63,853 nucleotides of DNA from Limisphaerales bacterium (GTDB taxonomy: Bacteria > Verrucomicrobiota > Verrucomicrobiia > Limisphaerales > JAHDYP01), in contig JBMTVN010000001.1 in assembly GCA_049451415.1 (NCBI GenBank), positions 1 through 63,853 on the forward strand, given 5' to 3'. The position numbers and the translations under genes are program-made. Below the pieces are notes generated by a model, which saw only the letters and a program-made list of their open reading frames with translations, was not told where the DNA came from and searched no databases. This document shows positions 19,573 through 29,438 of this stretch, one piece after another; the first letter of the stretch is position 1, and each line of letters opens with the position of its first letter.

Positions 19573-20583
19573 TCAGGCCCCTCGTTGCTTGAAGCTGGTC
19601 AGGAGCTCAACCGGGGTCACCACCGCAGTTCCCACCTTCCCCACCACCACTCCGGCTGCATGATTGGCCAACACCGCGGCCTCCAGCGGGGAAGCCCCGG
19701 CAGCCACAGCCAGGGTCATCGTGGCAATCACTGTGTCCCCTGCTCCCGAGACGTCAAAAACCTCCTGGGCCACGGTGGGTATCACGCTTGGCCTCCCATC
19801 ACCCCGGCACAACAGCATCCCCTGCTCACCCAGCGTAATCAGAAGCAAAGCCGGACTCAGGTCCCGGATCAAAGTCTGCACCACCTCGCACAACGCCTTG
19901 TCCTTCAGGGGATCCTCGACCTTTCCCGGATCCTTCCGGCCCACCAGTTCAAAAGCTTCCTTCCGGTTGGGGGTGATCAGGGACAACCCGGCCAAATTGA
20001 GTTGATGCACCGGCTTGGGATCCAAGCTCAGCCAAATACCACGCGCACGACATTCCACACGCAACTCGTCCAGCAACGCCTGGGATACAACTCCCTTGCC
20101 GTAGTCGCCAACAATGACCGCATCCACCCCATCCAACTGCCTGCGCAGTCGCCCCATCAACCGCCTCAAATCCGCCGCAGCCACCTCCCCGGACGTCTCG
20201 CGATCCACCCGCGCGACCTGCTGTTGCTGTGCAACCAGCCGCACCTTGCGCGTGGTCATCCGCCCAGCCACCGTCATCAAGCCCCCGCAGTCCACCTGTT
20301 CAGCCCTCAGCAGTTCCTTCAGCTGCCCGGCAGCTGCATCCCGGCCCGTGACCCCGAACAGCGTAGTTTGAACACCCAGGCTGGCCAAGTTGCGAGCCAC
20401 ATTGGCCGCCCCACCCGGCATAAAACTCTCCCGCTCAAACTCCAGTACGGGCACCGGGGCCTCCGGCGAAATCCGCGTCACCCGGCCCCAAATAAACTGG
20501 TCCAGCATGAGGTCACCGATCACGACAACCCTGGCCTTGGCCGCGCCCCCCAGTAATCGCTTAACTCTACCAGCGCTTATCAT
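19573..20583 (-). CDS. hldA: D-glycero-D-manno-heptose-7-phosphate kinase (RfaE domain I, stand-alone)
   Basis: PfkB fold. N-terminus VVVIGDLMLDQFIWGRVTRISPEAPVPV and C-terminal DVSGAGDTVIA. No adenylyltransferase domain is fused. Confidence 0.8.
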   Translation of the reverse strand: MISAGRVKRLLGGAAKARVVVIGDLMLDQFIWGRVTRISPEAPVPVLEFERESFMPGGAANVARNLASLGVQTTLFGVTGRDAAAGQLKELLRAEQVDCGGLMTVAGRMTTRKVRLVAQQQQVARVDRETSGEVAAADLRRLMGRLRRQLDGVDAVIVGDYGKGVVSQALLDELRVECRARGIWLSLDPKPVHQLNLAGLSLITPNRKEAFELVGRKDPGKVEDPLKDKALCEVVQTLIRDLSPALLLITLGEQGMLLCRGDGRPSVIPTVAQEVFDVSGAGDTVIATMTLAVAAGASPLEAAVLANHAAGVVVGKVGTAVVTPVELLTSFKQRGA

Positions 20584-20587
20584 CTCC

Positions 20588-21376
20588 TTATCCCAGAAAA
20601 CCTGTCAAAGGACTGGTGGCCTGCGCAGTGCTTGATGCCTCCGCCAACCCCACCTCATAGGCATCCCGGCCACACTCCACGGCACCCCTGAACGCCCTCG
20701 CCATCCGGACCGGATCCGAGGCCACCGCAATGGCTGTGTTCACCAGCACCGCATCCGCCCCCAGCTCCATGGCCTCGGCCGCATGGCTCGGCGCACCTAT
20801 GCCTGCGTCGACCACCACCGGAACCGTCGCCTGCTCCAAAATGATCCGGATTTGATCCCGCGTCTGAATCCCACGATTCGATCCGATCGGCGCACCCAAG
20901 GGCATTACCGTCGCCGTCCCCACTTCCTGCAAGCGCTTGGCCAAAACCGGGTCAGCGTTGATGTAGGGCAAAACAACAAAGCCCTCCTTCACCAGCACTT
21001 CCGCGGCCTTTAAGGTCTCGATCGGATCCGGCAACAAATACCGCGGGTCAGGATGAATCTCGAGCTTCACCCAAGCAGGCAAACCCGCCGCCCGCGCCAA
21101 CCGGGCCAACCGAACCGCTTCTTCCGCATCCATCGCCCCGCTTGTGTTCGGTAAAAGGAGATATCGCTCGGGATCAATGAATTCCAAGATGTTCGCAAAG
21201 GGATCCTTCTTCCCACTCAAATCCGCCCGCCTTAAAGCCACCGTCACCAAGCCCGTCCCGCTCGCCTCCAAGGCATCACGCATCAACTCTGGTGATGCAA
21301 ATTTCCCCGTCCCCACCAGGAGACGGGACTCAAATACCCGACCGGCAATGGTTAATGGACCTGACCTCGACAACAT
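20588..21376 (-). CDS. thiG: Thiazole synthase
   Basis: [20 protein letters not shown]-terminus, LLPNTSG and [13 protein letters not shown]. Confidence 0.9.
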   Translation of the reverse strand: MLSRSGPLTIAGRVFESRLLVGTGKFASPELMRDALEASGTGLVTVALRRADLSGKKDPFANILEFIDPERYLLLPNTSGAMDAEEAVRLARLARAAGLPAWVKLEIHPDPRYLLPDPIETLKAAEVLVKEGFVVLPYINADPVLAKRLQEVGTATVMPLGAPIGSNRGIQTRDQIRIILEQATVPVVVDAGIGAPSHAAEAMELGADAVLVNTAIAVASDPVRMARAFRGAVECGRDAYEVGLAEASSTAQATSPLTGFLG

Positions 21377-21420
21377 GCGGCGGCACCTTAGGGACGCCCG
21401 CCCTCTCTTCCAAGTCCAAT

Positions 21421-21495
21421 TCAGGAGTCAGGAGTCAGGAGCCGGGGGTACAGCTCTCTCCTCTCTCCTCTCTCCCATATCCCATATCCGATCTC
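21421..21495. repeat. Tandem heptanucleotide repeats in the hydrolase-thiG spacer
   Basis: TCAGGAG x3 at 21421-21441. Six in-register heptamers follow at 21454-21495: CTCTCTC x3, CATATCC x2 and GATCTCC. Confidence 0.85.
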
Positions 21496-21497
21496 CC

Positions 21498-22319
21498 CTA
21501 TGCTCTGTCCCGAACCGGCGACTGCTTGTTGCTTGCGACAAACTCATCCAAAGCCCGACGGTAGCTGGCTGCATCGGAACCCGGCAGCTCATTGTGGTCG
21601 CCTCTCAGCTCAACCAGCCTTTTAGGTTCCTTGGCTGCGGCGAAATTGCGTTCGGCGTGGTGAAACCCGATCAAGTGGTCACCCCGGCTATGGAGGATGA
21701 GGACCGGGCAACCGACGCCAGGCAGTTTACCAAGTGTGTCATACCGAATCGAACCCAGGCGACGAACCGGGAACCATGGCATCAGTTCCGATCCAATATC
21801 GATAATGCTGGTGAAGGTACTCAGGAGAACCAGCCCTCCAACCGGCCGACAGATTGCCAGCTCCGAGGCCACCCCTCCCCCCAGCGACTCCCCAATGACC
21901 AGGATAGAAGCTGGTTGGAAACCCCTCTCGACCAACCAGTCGAAGGCCGCCTGGGCATCAAGGTAGGTACCAGGCTCGGAGGGATTTCCCTCGCTCTGAC
22001 CATAGCCCCGGTAATCCGGCATGAACACCGCGCATCCGGTTTCCAGGAGCAGCTTCGCGTGCAGCAACCTGTGCGTGATGTTGCCGGCGTTTCCATGGAG
22101 CAGCAGCCAAACATGCTGCTTTGCCGGCGAGCTCTCCTGCGCCGGAAAATACCAGGCATGCAACCGCACCCCATCCTCCGCAGTCAGCCAAACATCCTCC
22201 ACCGGCCGCCCCAACTCACGCCCCGTGGCATTCAGCGACCGCGAGGGATGATACACCTGCCGATGTTCAAACCAGCGCAACACCACCCCATGGGAACAAC
22301 ACCTGAAAGCCGACGGCAA
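21498..22319 (-). CDS. Alpha/beta hydrolase (serine hydrolase)
   Basis: 273 aa with nucleophile elbow VIGESLGGGVA. Downstream Asp/His-containing segments (HSRGDHLIGFHH) are also present. Confidence 0.8.
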   Translation of the reverse strand: MPSAFRCCSHGVVLRWFEHRQVYHPSRSLNATGRELGRPVEDVWLTAEDGVRLHAWYFPAQESSPAKQHVWLLLHGNAGNITHRLLHAKLLLETGCAVFMPDYRGYGQSEGNPSEPGTYLDAQAAFDWLVERGFQPASILVIGESLGGGVASELAICRPVGGLVLLSTFTSIIDIGSELMPWFPVRRLGSIRYDTLGKLPGVGCPVLILHSRGDHLIGFHHAERNFAAAKEPKRLVELRGDHNELPGSDAASYRRALDEFVASNKQSPVRDRA

Positions 22320-22477
22320 GACCGATCCTCGGCACCCTCGGGGTGAAGTATGCCGTCCGGCTCGCCAGGCTTACTACCTGCCCCCCGAAGAAACCCGCCT
22401 CCTGTCCATGGATGTCTGGCGCCACCCTGATCTCGAGCCCTTGCGAAGAATGTCGCAGTGAACGATCTTGCTTCACT

Positions 22478-22756
22478 ATGGCCAAGGTCGACACATCCAA
22501 AAGGAAGCAGCACTTCTCCATCAAGGCACCGGCCGCGATGAGCGTCCAGTTGGTTGGAGACTTCACCCACTGGCAAAAGCGTCCCATCCAGATGCACAAG
22601 GACGCCCAGGACATCTGGTCCACCGATATCCTGCTGGAGCCAGGGGCTTACCATTATCGGTTCATGGTGGATGGTGCATGGCGCGACGATCCCGAATGCA
22701 CTGTGCGGGTGGACAACCCCTTCGGCACCACCAACGCAGTGCGGGAAGTCGCCTGA
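22478..22756 (+). CDS. Stand-alone glycogen-binding (CBM48/AMPK-beta-like) domain protein
   Basis: The ATG at 22478 gives a 92-aa protein. The stretch FSIKAPAAMSVQLVGDFTHWQKRPIQMHKD...WSTDILLEPGAYHYRFMVDGAWRDDP is a typical early-set/CBM48 pattern. Confidence 0.7.
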   Translation: MAKVDTSKRKQHFSIKAPAAMSVQLVGDFTHWQKRPIQMHKDAQDIWSTDILLEPGAYHYRFMVDGAWRDDPECTVRVDNPFGTTNAVREVA

Positions 22757-22769
22757 AGTCGCCCGTCTT

Positions 22770-24368
22770 TTAGTCGGGCTCTCCGCGCCGAAAAGCGCGC
22801 CGGCGCAGTGCGCCGTGGAGGAGCCTATTGGCCCACCCCATCACCAGCAGGTTGATCCCCGCTTGCAGCAGCACATAGAGACCCAGGATCCAGTAGGGCC
22901 CTTGTAATCCCGGCATCGGAATCCGGGAGACCGAGAACAGGATCATCACCATCACCAGCAGCACCCACGGCACGACCACTACCAGGGAGGCTGCGTTCCC
23001 CGATGCGCGGTTCAGCCGCCTCTGCGTCACGCCCTGCCACATGCCAAACTGCGCCAGTGCCACCATGTTGAAAACCAGCAAAGCCATCCCACACATCCAG
23101 ATGGCAATCCAGTAATCGCCATCCGAACCGAACTCCTCCAGACCGAACAACATCATCATGAAGTCAGCCAGCAGCACCACAACCACCGGCCCCGCAAACT
23201 GACGCAACAACGCCATCCGATGACCGTCCAGCCATTCGCGCACGGTCATCCGCGTCCCGAATACCAACTCCAAGGCCCCGCTCCTCGCATCCGGCCCCAA
23301 TACATGCACTGCGTCCGATGCCACCCAGAGCATCAGCAACAGGTGCAGACAGATTGCCGTCAGCATATAGCCGCCGGGATTGGCCCATCCATCCTTGAAA
23401 GTCCAGTACGCGTAGCCCCACAAGGCACCTATGAGCAACAAAGCAGACCAGACCATCACGCGTCGATAACGATGCCGACCAGTCAACCAATAGGCCGGGT
23501 TCACGTCTAACATGGCACGCCTGAGCTGCGTGCGAGTCGCCCAACCCCCGTAAAGCAGTCTGCGCCACCATTCCTGAAGCCGCCCCCCCCCGCCCCCCTT
23601 GGCCCGCTCCTGCCAGGAATGCCGCACCACCTTGGCTGCCACCGCCAATAGCGCAACCGTCATCCCAAAAGTGTAGCTCACCGATAGCCAGTAGAAGCCA
23701 GCCATCCGCGCGTAAACCGATGGATGACTCGCCACACCCGCAAAGCCTGAAGACGGGACTAAAAACCAGACTGAAGGCTGCTGGTCGGTCCGGATACCTA
23801 TCATTGCCCATGCAAGCGGGCATATCCCATGCACCAAAACCAAGAGGAGCAAGGTCCACGAAATTGCATGCCGCGCCTCACGCGCCAGCGCTGATCCCAG
23901 CACGCCCGCTGCGAGAGAACTCAGGAGTGCACCGAAAAGCGCCAAAACGAAACGCGCCACCTCACCGGATGTGACCCCCCCGAGGATCAGCGGCACCGTC
24001 ATCAACGGCACAATCGCCATCAGCCCATACACTGCATTCAAGGAGCTTGACGCCAGTTTGCCCAGGACCACATCCGCACCACGCAGCCTCGTCAAAAACA
24101 ACAGCCCTAACGTCCCCTCCCGCTTCTCCAGGCTCAGGCAATCCGCCGTATACATCAGCCCGGAAAGCAGACTCCCTGCAAAGAAGAAGGCCCCTATCGT
24201 CCAGAACACGGTTTGCCCTGAACGTTGCCCCGATAGTTGCATCGAGATGAGCAGCACATAACCGAGAATCGCCATGGCACCGAGAACGGCCACGGACCGG
24301 TTCCAGTAGGTCCAGCGCTGCCGCGAAGCCACCCGCAGCTCGCGGTCTACAATGGGAAGGAAGTTCAT
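22770..24368 (-). CDS. Polytopic membrane protein with two ABC-2-type permease-like halves
   Basis: 532 aa with many TM helices. The ABC-2-like motif SLEKREGTLGLLFLTRL is in the first half. A second, degenerate copy (DARSGALELVFGTRM) is in the second half. No ATPase gene is adjacent. Confidence 0.55.
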   Translation of the reverse strand: MNFLPIVDRELRVASRQRWTYWNRSVAVLGAMAILGYVLLISMQLSGQRSGQTVFWTIGAFFFAGSLLSGLMYTADCLSLEKREGTLGLLFLTRLRGADVVLGKLASSSLNAVYGLMAIVPLMTVPLILGGVTSGEVARFVLALFGALLSSLAAGVLGSALAREARHAISWTLLLLVLVHGICPLAWAMIGIRTDQQPSVWFLVPSSGFAGVASHPSVYARMAGFYWLSVSYTFGMTVALLAVAAKVVRHSWQERAKGGGGGRLQEWWRRLLYGGWATRTQLRRAMLDVNPAYWLTGRHRYRRVMVWSALLLIGALWGYAYWTFKDGWANPGGYMLTAICLHLLLMLWVASDAVHVLGPDARSGALELVFGTRMTVREWLDGHRMALLRQFAGPVVVVLLADFMMMLFGLEEFGSDGDYWIAIWMCGMALLVFNMVALAQFGMWQGVTQRRLNRASGNAASLVVVVPWVLLVMVMILFSVSRIPMPGLQGPYWILGLYVLLQAGINLLVMGWANRLLHGALRRRAFRRGEPD

Positions 24369-24513
24369 CGCCTCAAGTGATCCCCTCCCTTATCCGCCTT
24401 CCGTCCGAAGTTCCAAGCCCGAAGAAGTCCTGAGGCGAATGCACCCCTGGCCTGGCAAAAAACACCTCGGGACAAAGAGCCCCGAGGCGACGCATTCCCT
24501 GCAAACACGAATT

Positions 24514-24858
24514 CTAGTAGAAACTGAACATCAAGTTCTGCACCTTCTCCAGCAACTCAGGCGAGCCGCCCTTGTCAGTGAGGATGTTCTGGATGTCCGT
24601 CAGAACGTCAGCGATGGCCTGCTTCTGTTCGTCGGTAAGTTCAGCCCCTTCCAACTTGGCAAGCGCGTCAACTGCTTCCTCGTATTTCTCTGCCTTGATG
24701 GAGGCCAGCGCTGCGTCCACCTGCGTCTTTACTTCCCCAGACGCACCAGCAAATCCCTGCTCGAGCAATTCGCCTTCGGGTTCATGTTTGGCACTGCACC
24801 CTGCGTTCACGAAAAGCAACGCAACACATGTAAGCAAAACTGAAGCAACTTTTTTCAT
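24514..24858 (-). CDS. Small helical lipoprotein, unknown function
   Basis: 114 aa with signal peptide plus lipobox (LLFVNAGC). The mature part is acidic and helical. Confidence 0.6.
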   Translation of the reverse strand: MKKVASVLLTCVALLFVNAGCSAKHEPEGELLEQGFAGASGEVKTQVDAALASIKAEKYEEAVDALAKLEGAELTDEQKQAIADVLTDIQNILTDKGGSPELLEKVQNLMFSFY

Positions 24859-25009
24859 AATCAGTCTTTCCTGAATGATCGAACGTTGAAAACACTGTAC
24901 CAGGTTGGACCTTCAAGCTAGAGAAAAAGGCTGAAAACGTCGTCACTGCGTCTCCTCCTGGCAGGGAGAAGGCCATGCCATCGGGCGGGTGTTTAGGGAT
25001 GCGGATGGT

Positions 25010-27064
25010 TCAGTTCCGGGTAGTGGATTGTCTCAACCATGCAGTGGTGTCCTCACGCAAGCGCTCCCGTTGAGTTGCGGTGAGCCCCTGGGGGTCAAAG
25101 CGCAGCTGGTAATGCAACTGCAGAAGTGGCTGGATGACCTGGAGTTCATCCGGGTGGTTCGCGAGCAGGTGCCTGAGCCAAAGCTGGGGAGGAATCGATG
25201 GCGGTCGTGGAGCAAACCGTGCCTCCATGGCCTGCAGCAAAGCGAAGAACTCGGAATCGGTCCCGGGAAGATCCCGGGCTTGGGCGAGTGCCCGGCTCCG
25301 GGCGGAACGACCCCGGCGCCATCGCCCACCTCGCAGCTCCCGCCAGGCCATGTAGATCAGCACAACGGAACCGAGCAGAAAGACATAGAACCGCCAACGT
25401 GTATTCCCTTGCCGCCAGAGTGTGAATTCCAGCCACAGGCGCGAAACCTGATCATAGACAGGCTCCCACCATGAAGCACTGCTGGCAGCAATCTGCGCCC
25501 ACGACCCCGGGGTGTTGTCGACAGCGATCCAGCGACCCTCCACACAGGCCTGGCTCCAGGCGTGGGCATGTCGACCGCGCACGACGAAGTAGTCACCCTT
25601 CTTTTCCTGAACACTCCAGCCGACCACGTATCGCGCTGGGATACCGGCGCTGCGGAGGAGCAGCGTGGTGGCAGTGGCATAGAATTCGCAATGACCCACG
25701 CGGGAGCGCAGGAGAAAATCGTGGAGCACTCCCTGGTCCGAGGGCGACGGCGTTTCCAGCGAATACTTAAAATTCTGGAGGAAAAACCTCTCAATGGCTG
25801 CCATGGCTTGCCGGGCCGGAAGCGTGGCCAGCCCGAGCTGATCCGATACCTGCAGAATGACGGCACGATCCTCGTCACGCAGACGGTCCATGTCCAGGTC
25901 ATCCTCGTCCGGCGGACAATCCCACCCACCTCCCGGACCAAACCACGCATCGTATTCGAGCAGTTTGGGTGAGCCATCTGCCCGCACCGAACCCAGCCGG
26001 TTCGTTTCGACGATCGCCACGGGCAGTCGCTGTAGCTCGAACGCATCTGCGGGCAATGCAAGCGGAGCCGCACCCTTTTGTGCATACCGAAACACAGTTA
26101 CGGAACTGGCGGGCGAAACCGGTCCGGAAATCTGCCAGGTTTCGCCGTCATCCGGAATGGCAACTGGTTGGAATTCCCGGCGGCTGGCACTCCAATAGGG
26201 TGAGGCAAAGAGCGTGTAGACACCTTCACGGAGAAGGCTCGGCGGCGAGCCGGAGGGTGAGGCCAGGCGCATGACAATCCGGGGAGAGCCCTTGCTTCGC
26301 CGGACGGCTTCAAGGTCCGTCCGCACGCCGCGGGCGTCGAAATTGGCCTGACCCCATTGGTTGAGGAGGCGGCTTTCCCAACTTTCCAGCTGACGGTAAA
26401 TCTCGAGAATCCCGCGTTGGCTAAAGAACGCAGTGAGGGCGATTACAGCAAGGGTCAGTCCCCAGGTGTTTCCGCTGTAGCGCCGAGAGCGGAACGGCCA
26501 GAGGGTCCATGTCGCGAGCATGGCCAAAGCCGGAAAGAACGCGTTGGGATAAGTGGCATCAGCGCTTGCAGTAAAAAGCACCAGCACGAGGTAGGGGTAG
26601 AATGGACGAAAACCGCGGGACTCATTGGACCGTTGAGATGCGAAGTTCTTCAGTCGGCGCGCATGCAAAAAAGGCGATACACTTTCCCATGGAATCCGGT
26701 CGAGCCCGCTTGCGAAACAAGCCAACAGAAAACCAAAGAGGACTATGGGCATCCAGTGCAGGAGGGTAAGCAGGCCTTGGGACGCGTTGCGCAGGGGCTC
26801 CGCCGCCTGTGCGGGAGATGTGGCAAGCGTGGTCACCGCACCCCAACCCTCGTTGGCAAAGAAAAGGTACATCGCTGAACCAAGAAACAGTAGGGCGGTG
26901 ACGTTCCAAAGCCGCCGCAGATCGTCGGCATCCAGGTCCCAATGGAAGCGGTAGACACGCGACAATTCCCAGACACAGGCGAGGGCAAGCCCCCACACGG
27001 GCAAGCCCACTTGGGCACCCCAGAGCAGAAGCGCTGCGCCGAGTAGTCCGGGACGGGCACTCAT
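25010..27064 (-). CDS. Transglutaminase-like membrane protein (TgpA-type)
   Basis: N-terminal TM region, then a transglutaminase core: GHCEFYATATTLLLRSAGIPARYVVGW ... RGRHAHAWSQ ... AVDNT (Cys-His-Asp). The ATG at 27064 overlaps the DUF58 stop codon (ATGA). The track ORF extends to 27187. Confidence 0.85.
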   Translation of the reverse strand: MSARPGLLGAALLLWGAQVGLPVWGLALACVWELSRVYRFHWDLDADDLRRLWNVTALLFLGSAMYLFFANEGWGAVTTLATSPAQAAEPLRNASQGLLTLLHWMPIVLFGFLLACFASGLDRIPWESVSPFLHARRLKNFASQRSNESRGFRPFYPYLVLVLFTASADATYPNAFFPALAMLATWTLWPFRSRRYSGNTWGLTLAVIALTAFFSQRGILEIYRQLESWESRLLNQWGQANFDARGVRTDLEAVRRSKGSPRIVMRLASPSGSPPSLLREGVYTLFASPYWSASRREFQPVAIPDDGETWQISGPVSPASSVTVFRYAQKGAAPLALPADAFELQRLPVAIVETNRLGSVRADGSPKLLEYDAWFGPGGGWDCPPDEDDLDMDRLRDEDRAVILQVSDQLGLATLPARQAMAAIERFFLQNFKYSLETPSPSDQGVLHDFLLRSRVGHCEFYATATTLLLRSAGIPARYVVGWSVQEKKGDYFVVRGRHAHAWSQACVEGRWIAVDNTPGSWAQIAASSASWWEPVYDQVSRLWLEFTLWRQGNTRWRFYVFLLGSVVLIYMAWRELRGGRWRRGRSARSRALAQARDLPGTDSEFFALLQAMEARFAPRPPSIPPQLWLRHLLANHPDELQVIQPLLQLHYQLRFDPQGLTATQRERLREDTTAWLRQSTTRN

Positions 27065-28386
27065 AACTTCCTGAGCCCTTCCTCTATCTGCCCCAGCCGG
27101 AGGGTAATCCAGCGGTCGGGCCGATGCTCGGCAGAATCCGGCGGAGGAGGCGGATCCGTGTCCGGCGGCAAAACCAACAGCACCCATACCGGGATGTGCA
27201 GGGCCTTGAGCGCACGCACAATCTCACGACGAGGCTCATCCCAGTCGAGAAACACCAGCAGGCACCCGCTCATGCGCGAGCTATACTGGAGAACATGCCG
27301 GGCAAGATCCGGAAGACGCGGCTCCCGGCAGGGCCGGGCGCAGGCCAGCACCTCAAGCATGTGCTCCGTGTTGCCAACCCCACGCCCGGCGGTAACGCAT
27401 ACGGTCGTCGGCCCAACAAAGAGCAGGTCCAGCAGGGAGTCCTGATCCGGGACCGTGTAGGCAAAGGAGGCCGCCACAGCCACAGCCTCCTCAAACACGA
27501 AATCGAGACTCGAATCGCAGAACGTATCAAGCACCAAGGCATGCCTGACGAAATACTCGTCCTGATATTCGCGGACAACGGGCTTATCCAAGCGTGCGGA
27601 CACGCGCCAGTGAATGCGGCGCAGGGAGTCTCCGTGCCGGTATTCACGCACGCCGACGAACTCCTCGCTCTCACCGATACCCGAGGCGAAGTTGACTCCA
27701 CGGTGCTGGTATTGGCTGCACCCGGGAAGCGCTTGCGGGGCGACGGGATAGCGTTTGGGAAGAATCATGACTGTGGCTGCAGCCTTGAACCTGCACACGC
27801 TGCGCAGCAGCCCCAGCGGATCAGAACGGCCCACCCAAGCACCGACGAAATGCAGCGGGCCGCGCTGAAAAGGCAGCAACTCGGCGATCAACTCCGCAGA
27901 ACCGCTGCCGGGGATCACCGGAGCTTGCTGGATCTTCAATCGCGCGGGAATGCGCGGTGGCAAAGGAGCACTGAGCTGAAAGCTCTTGCGACGACGTCCC
28001 GGGCGAAGGATCTCGGTGAAGGCGTCGAGGTCGAGCTGGTTCTGATGCAGCGTTTCACCGTAATCCAGCCCGGCCTGGGTCTTTGTGGAGAGGTTTCTGA
28101 GGCGTATCCGGTAGCGCAGTGGATGGCCGGCAGTGCCAAAGCGGGGCAGGATGCGCTGGATCTCGAGTCGGGCCTGGAAAAACGGCATGAAGACCGCAGC
28201 CCCAAAAAGCAGCACTGCTGTCAGCGCCCAAGCCTGATAAGCCAGGGTTTGCCCGGGGTTGACCGCAAGGCTCGCCAGCAGCAGGAACACGCCCACCACC
28301 GACGCTCCCGCCGGCGTCAGTCGCTGGCGTGCGATCCGCCGGGAGACCGCGCCCAGTCGGTATAAGCGATGGAGTAACCGGATCAC
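27061..28386 (-). CDS. DUF58 domain protein
   Basis: The motif EFVGVREYRHGDSLRRIHWRVSARLDKPVVREYQDE is typical of DUF58. There are two N-terminal TM helices. The GTG start overlaps the MoxR stop codon. Confidence 0.85.
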   Translation of the reverse strand: MIRLLHRLYRLGAVSRRIARQRLTPAGASVVGVFLLLASLAVNPGQTLAYQAWALTAVLLFGAAVFMPFFQARLEIQRILPRFGTAGHPLRYRIRLRNLSTKTQAGLDYGETLHQNQLDLDAFTEILRPGRRRKSFQLSAPLPPRIPARLKIQQAPVIPGSGSAELIAELLPFQRGPLHFVGAWVGRSDPLGLLRSVCRFKAAATVMILPKRYPVAPQALPGCSQYQHRGVNFASGIGESEEFVGVREYRHGDSLRRIHWRVSARLDKPVVREYQDEYFVRHALVLDTFCDSSLDFVFEEAVAVAASFAYTVPDQDSLLDLLFVGPTTVCVTAGRGVGNTEHMLEVLACARPCREPRLPDLARHVLQYSSRMSGCLLVFLDWDEPRREIVRALKALHIPVWVLLVLPPDTDPPPPPDSAEHRPDRWITLRLGQIEEGLRKL

Positions 28387-29327
28387 GCGGGCACCGGGGT
28401 TTGAGAAAGAATATCCCGAACAACGGACTCGCCTGTCTGGCCGGCAAACTGGATCTGGGGATCAAGCAACAACCGATGCGCCAGGACTTCCAGGGCGATT
28501 TCCTGAACATGGTCGGGCGTGACATAATCCAACCCGTCGAACATCGCCAGAGCCTGGCTGCAGCGCATCAATGTAAGCGAAGCACGGGGGCTCGCCCCCA
28601 GCCTGACGCCGGGAGCCTTCCGCGTGGCAGAGGCCAAAGCCACCATGTAGTGCTTGATCTCGTCGCTCACCCGAATGCGACTGACCGCGTGTCTCCACCG
28701 CAGAGCCTCGTCAACGGTGGTGCAGGCCGTGCGCTTCGAGAGCGGGTGGTCCTGTTGCTGCGCGGTGAGGATGGCAACCTCCTGCTCAGGAGGCAGATAA
28801 CCCAGACTGAGCCGCATGGCGAACCGATCCATCTGGGCTTCGGGCAGCGGATAAGTCCCGCGAAACTCCACCGGGTTCTGGGTCGCGATGACGAAAAAGA
28901 GTTCGTGAAGCTCACGCCGCTGCCCATCGACACTGACCTGCCCCTCCCCCATCGCCTCAAGAAGAGCGGACTGCGTACGGGGGGATGCTCGGTTGATTTC
29001 GTCCGCCAGCAGGATGTTCGTAAACACCGGACCTTCATGGAATTCAAAGGCATTGGCGCGCTGATGAAAGATCGCTACACCGAGGATGTCGGCCGGAAGG
29101 AGGTCAGGAGTGAATTGGATGCGCCTGAACTTCGCATCAATGGATTGCGCGAGGGCTTTGGCCAGTGTGGTCTTTCCGGTTCCGGGATAATCCTCCAGCA
29201 GCACGTGACCACCGCCTGCCAGGGCTGCCAGCAACTTCCGCAGGACGGCACCCTGCCCCTGGATCACCTGCTCAATGCTGGATTTCAAACGATCATAGAT
29301 CTCCCCGGGAGAAAGGACATCGGCCAT
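28383..29327 (-). CDS. MoxR-family AAA+ ATPase
   Basis: Walker A LLEDYPGTGKTTLAKAL, Walker B ILLADEINRASP, and FFVIATQNP. The ATG at 29327 (MADVLSPGEIYDRL) is preferred over the track start at 29429. Confidence 0.9.
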   Translation of the reverse strand: MADVLSPGEIYDRLKSSIEQVIQGQGAVLRKLLAALAGGGHVLLEDYPGTGKTTLAKALAQSIDAKFRRIQFTPDLLPADILGVAIFHQRANAFEFHEGPVFTNILLADEINRASPRTQSALLEAMGEGQVSVDGQRRELHELFFVIATQNPVEFRGTYPLPEAQMDRFAMRLSLGYLPPEQEVAILTAQQQDHPLSKRTACTTVDEALRWRHAVSRIRVSDEIKHYMVALASATRKAPGVRLGASPRASLTLMRCSQALAMFDGLDYVTPDHVQEIALEVLAHRLLLDPQIQFAGQTGESVVRDILSQTPVPA

Positions 29328-29438
29328 GCGCCAGATGTAGCGCGGGTGGGCCAAGTCCACAAATCCAAAACACTCGCCATGGACGATGGACTTTGCCAAC
29401 GTTCCGCCGTGGGGATCACAGCCCGGCAATTTGAAGAA

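Noticed and set aside
21377-21497. Possible TPP riboswitch in the thiG leader
   Set aside because: Read on the minus strand, the leader lacks the conserved CUGAGA and ACCUGAUCUGGAUAAUGCCAGCG-like cores. It consists of heptamer repeats instead.
28329-29438. The first ~370 codons of the 563-aa ORF 28329-30020
   Set aside because: Only the last ~190 codons are RuvC-like. The upstream part is antisense to the MoxR ATPase gene and has no recognisable motifs.
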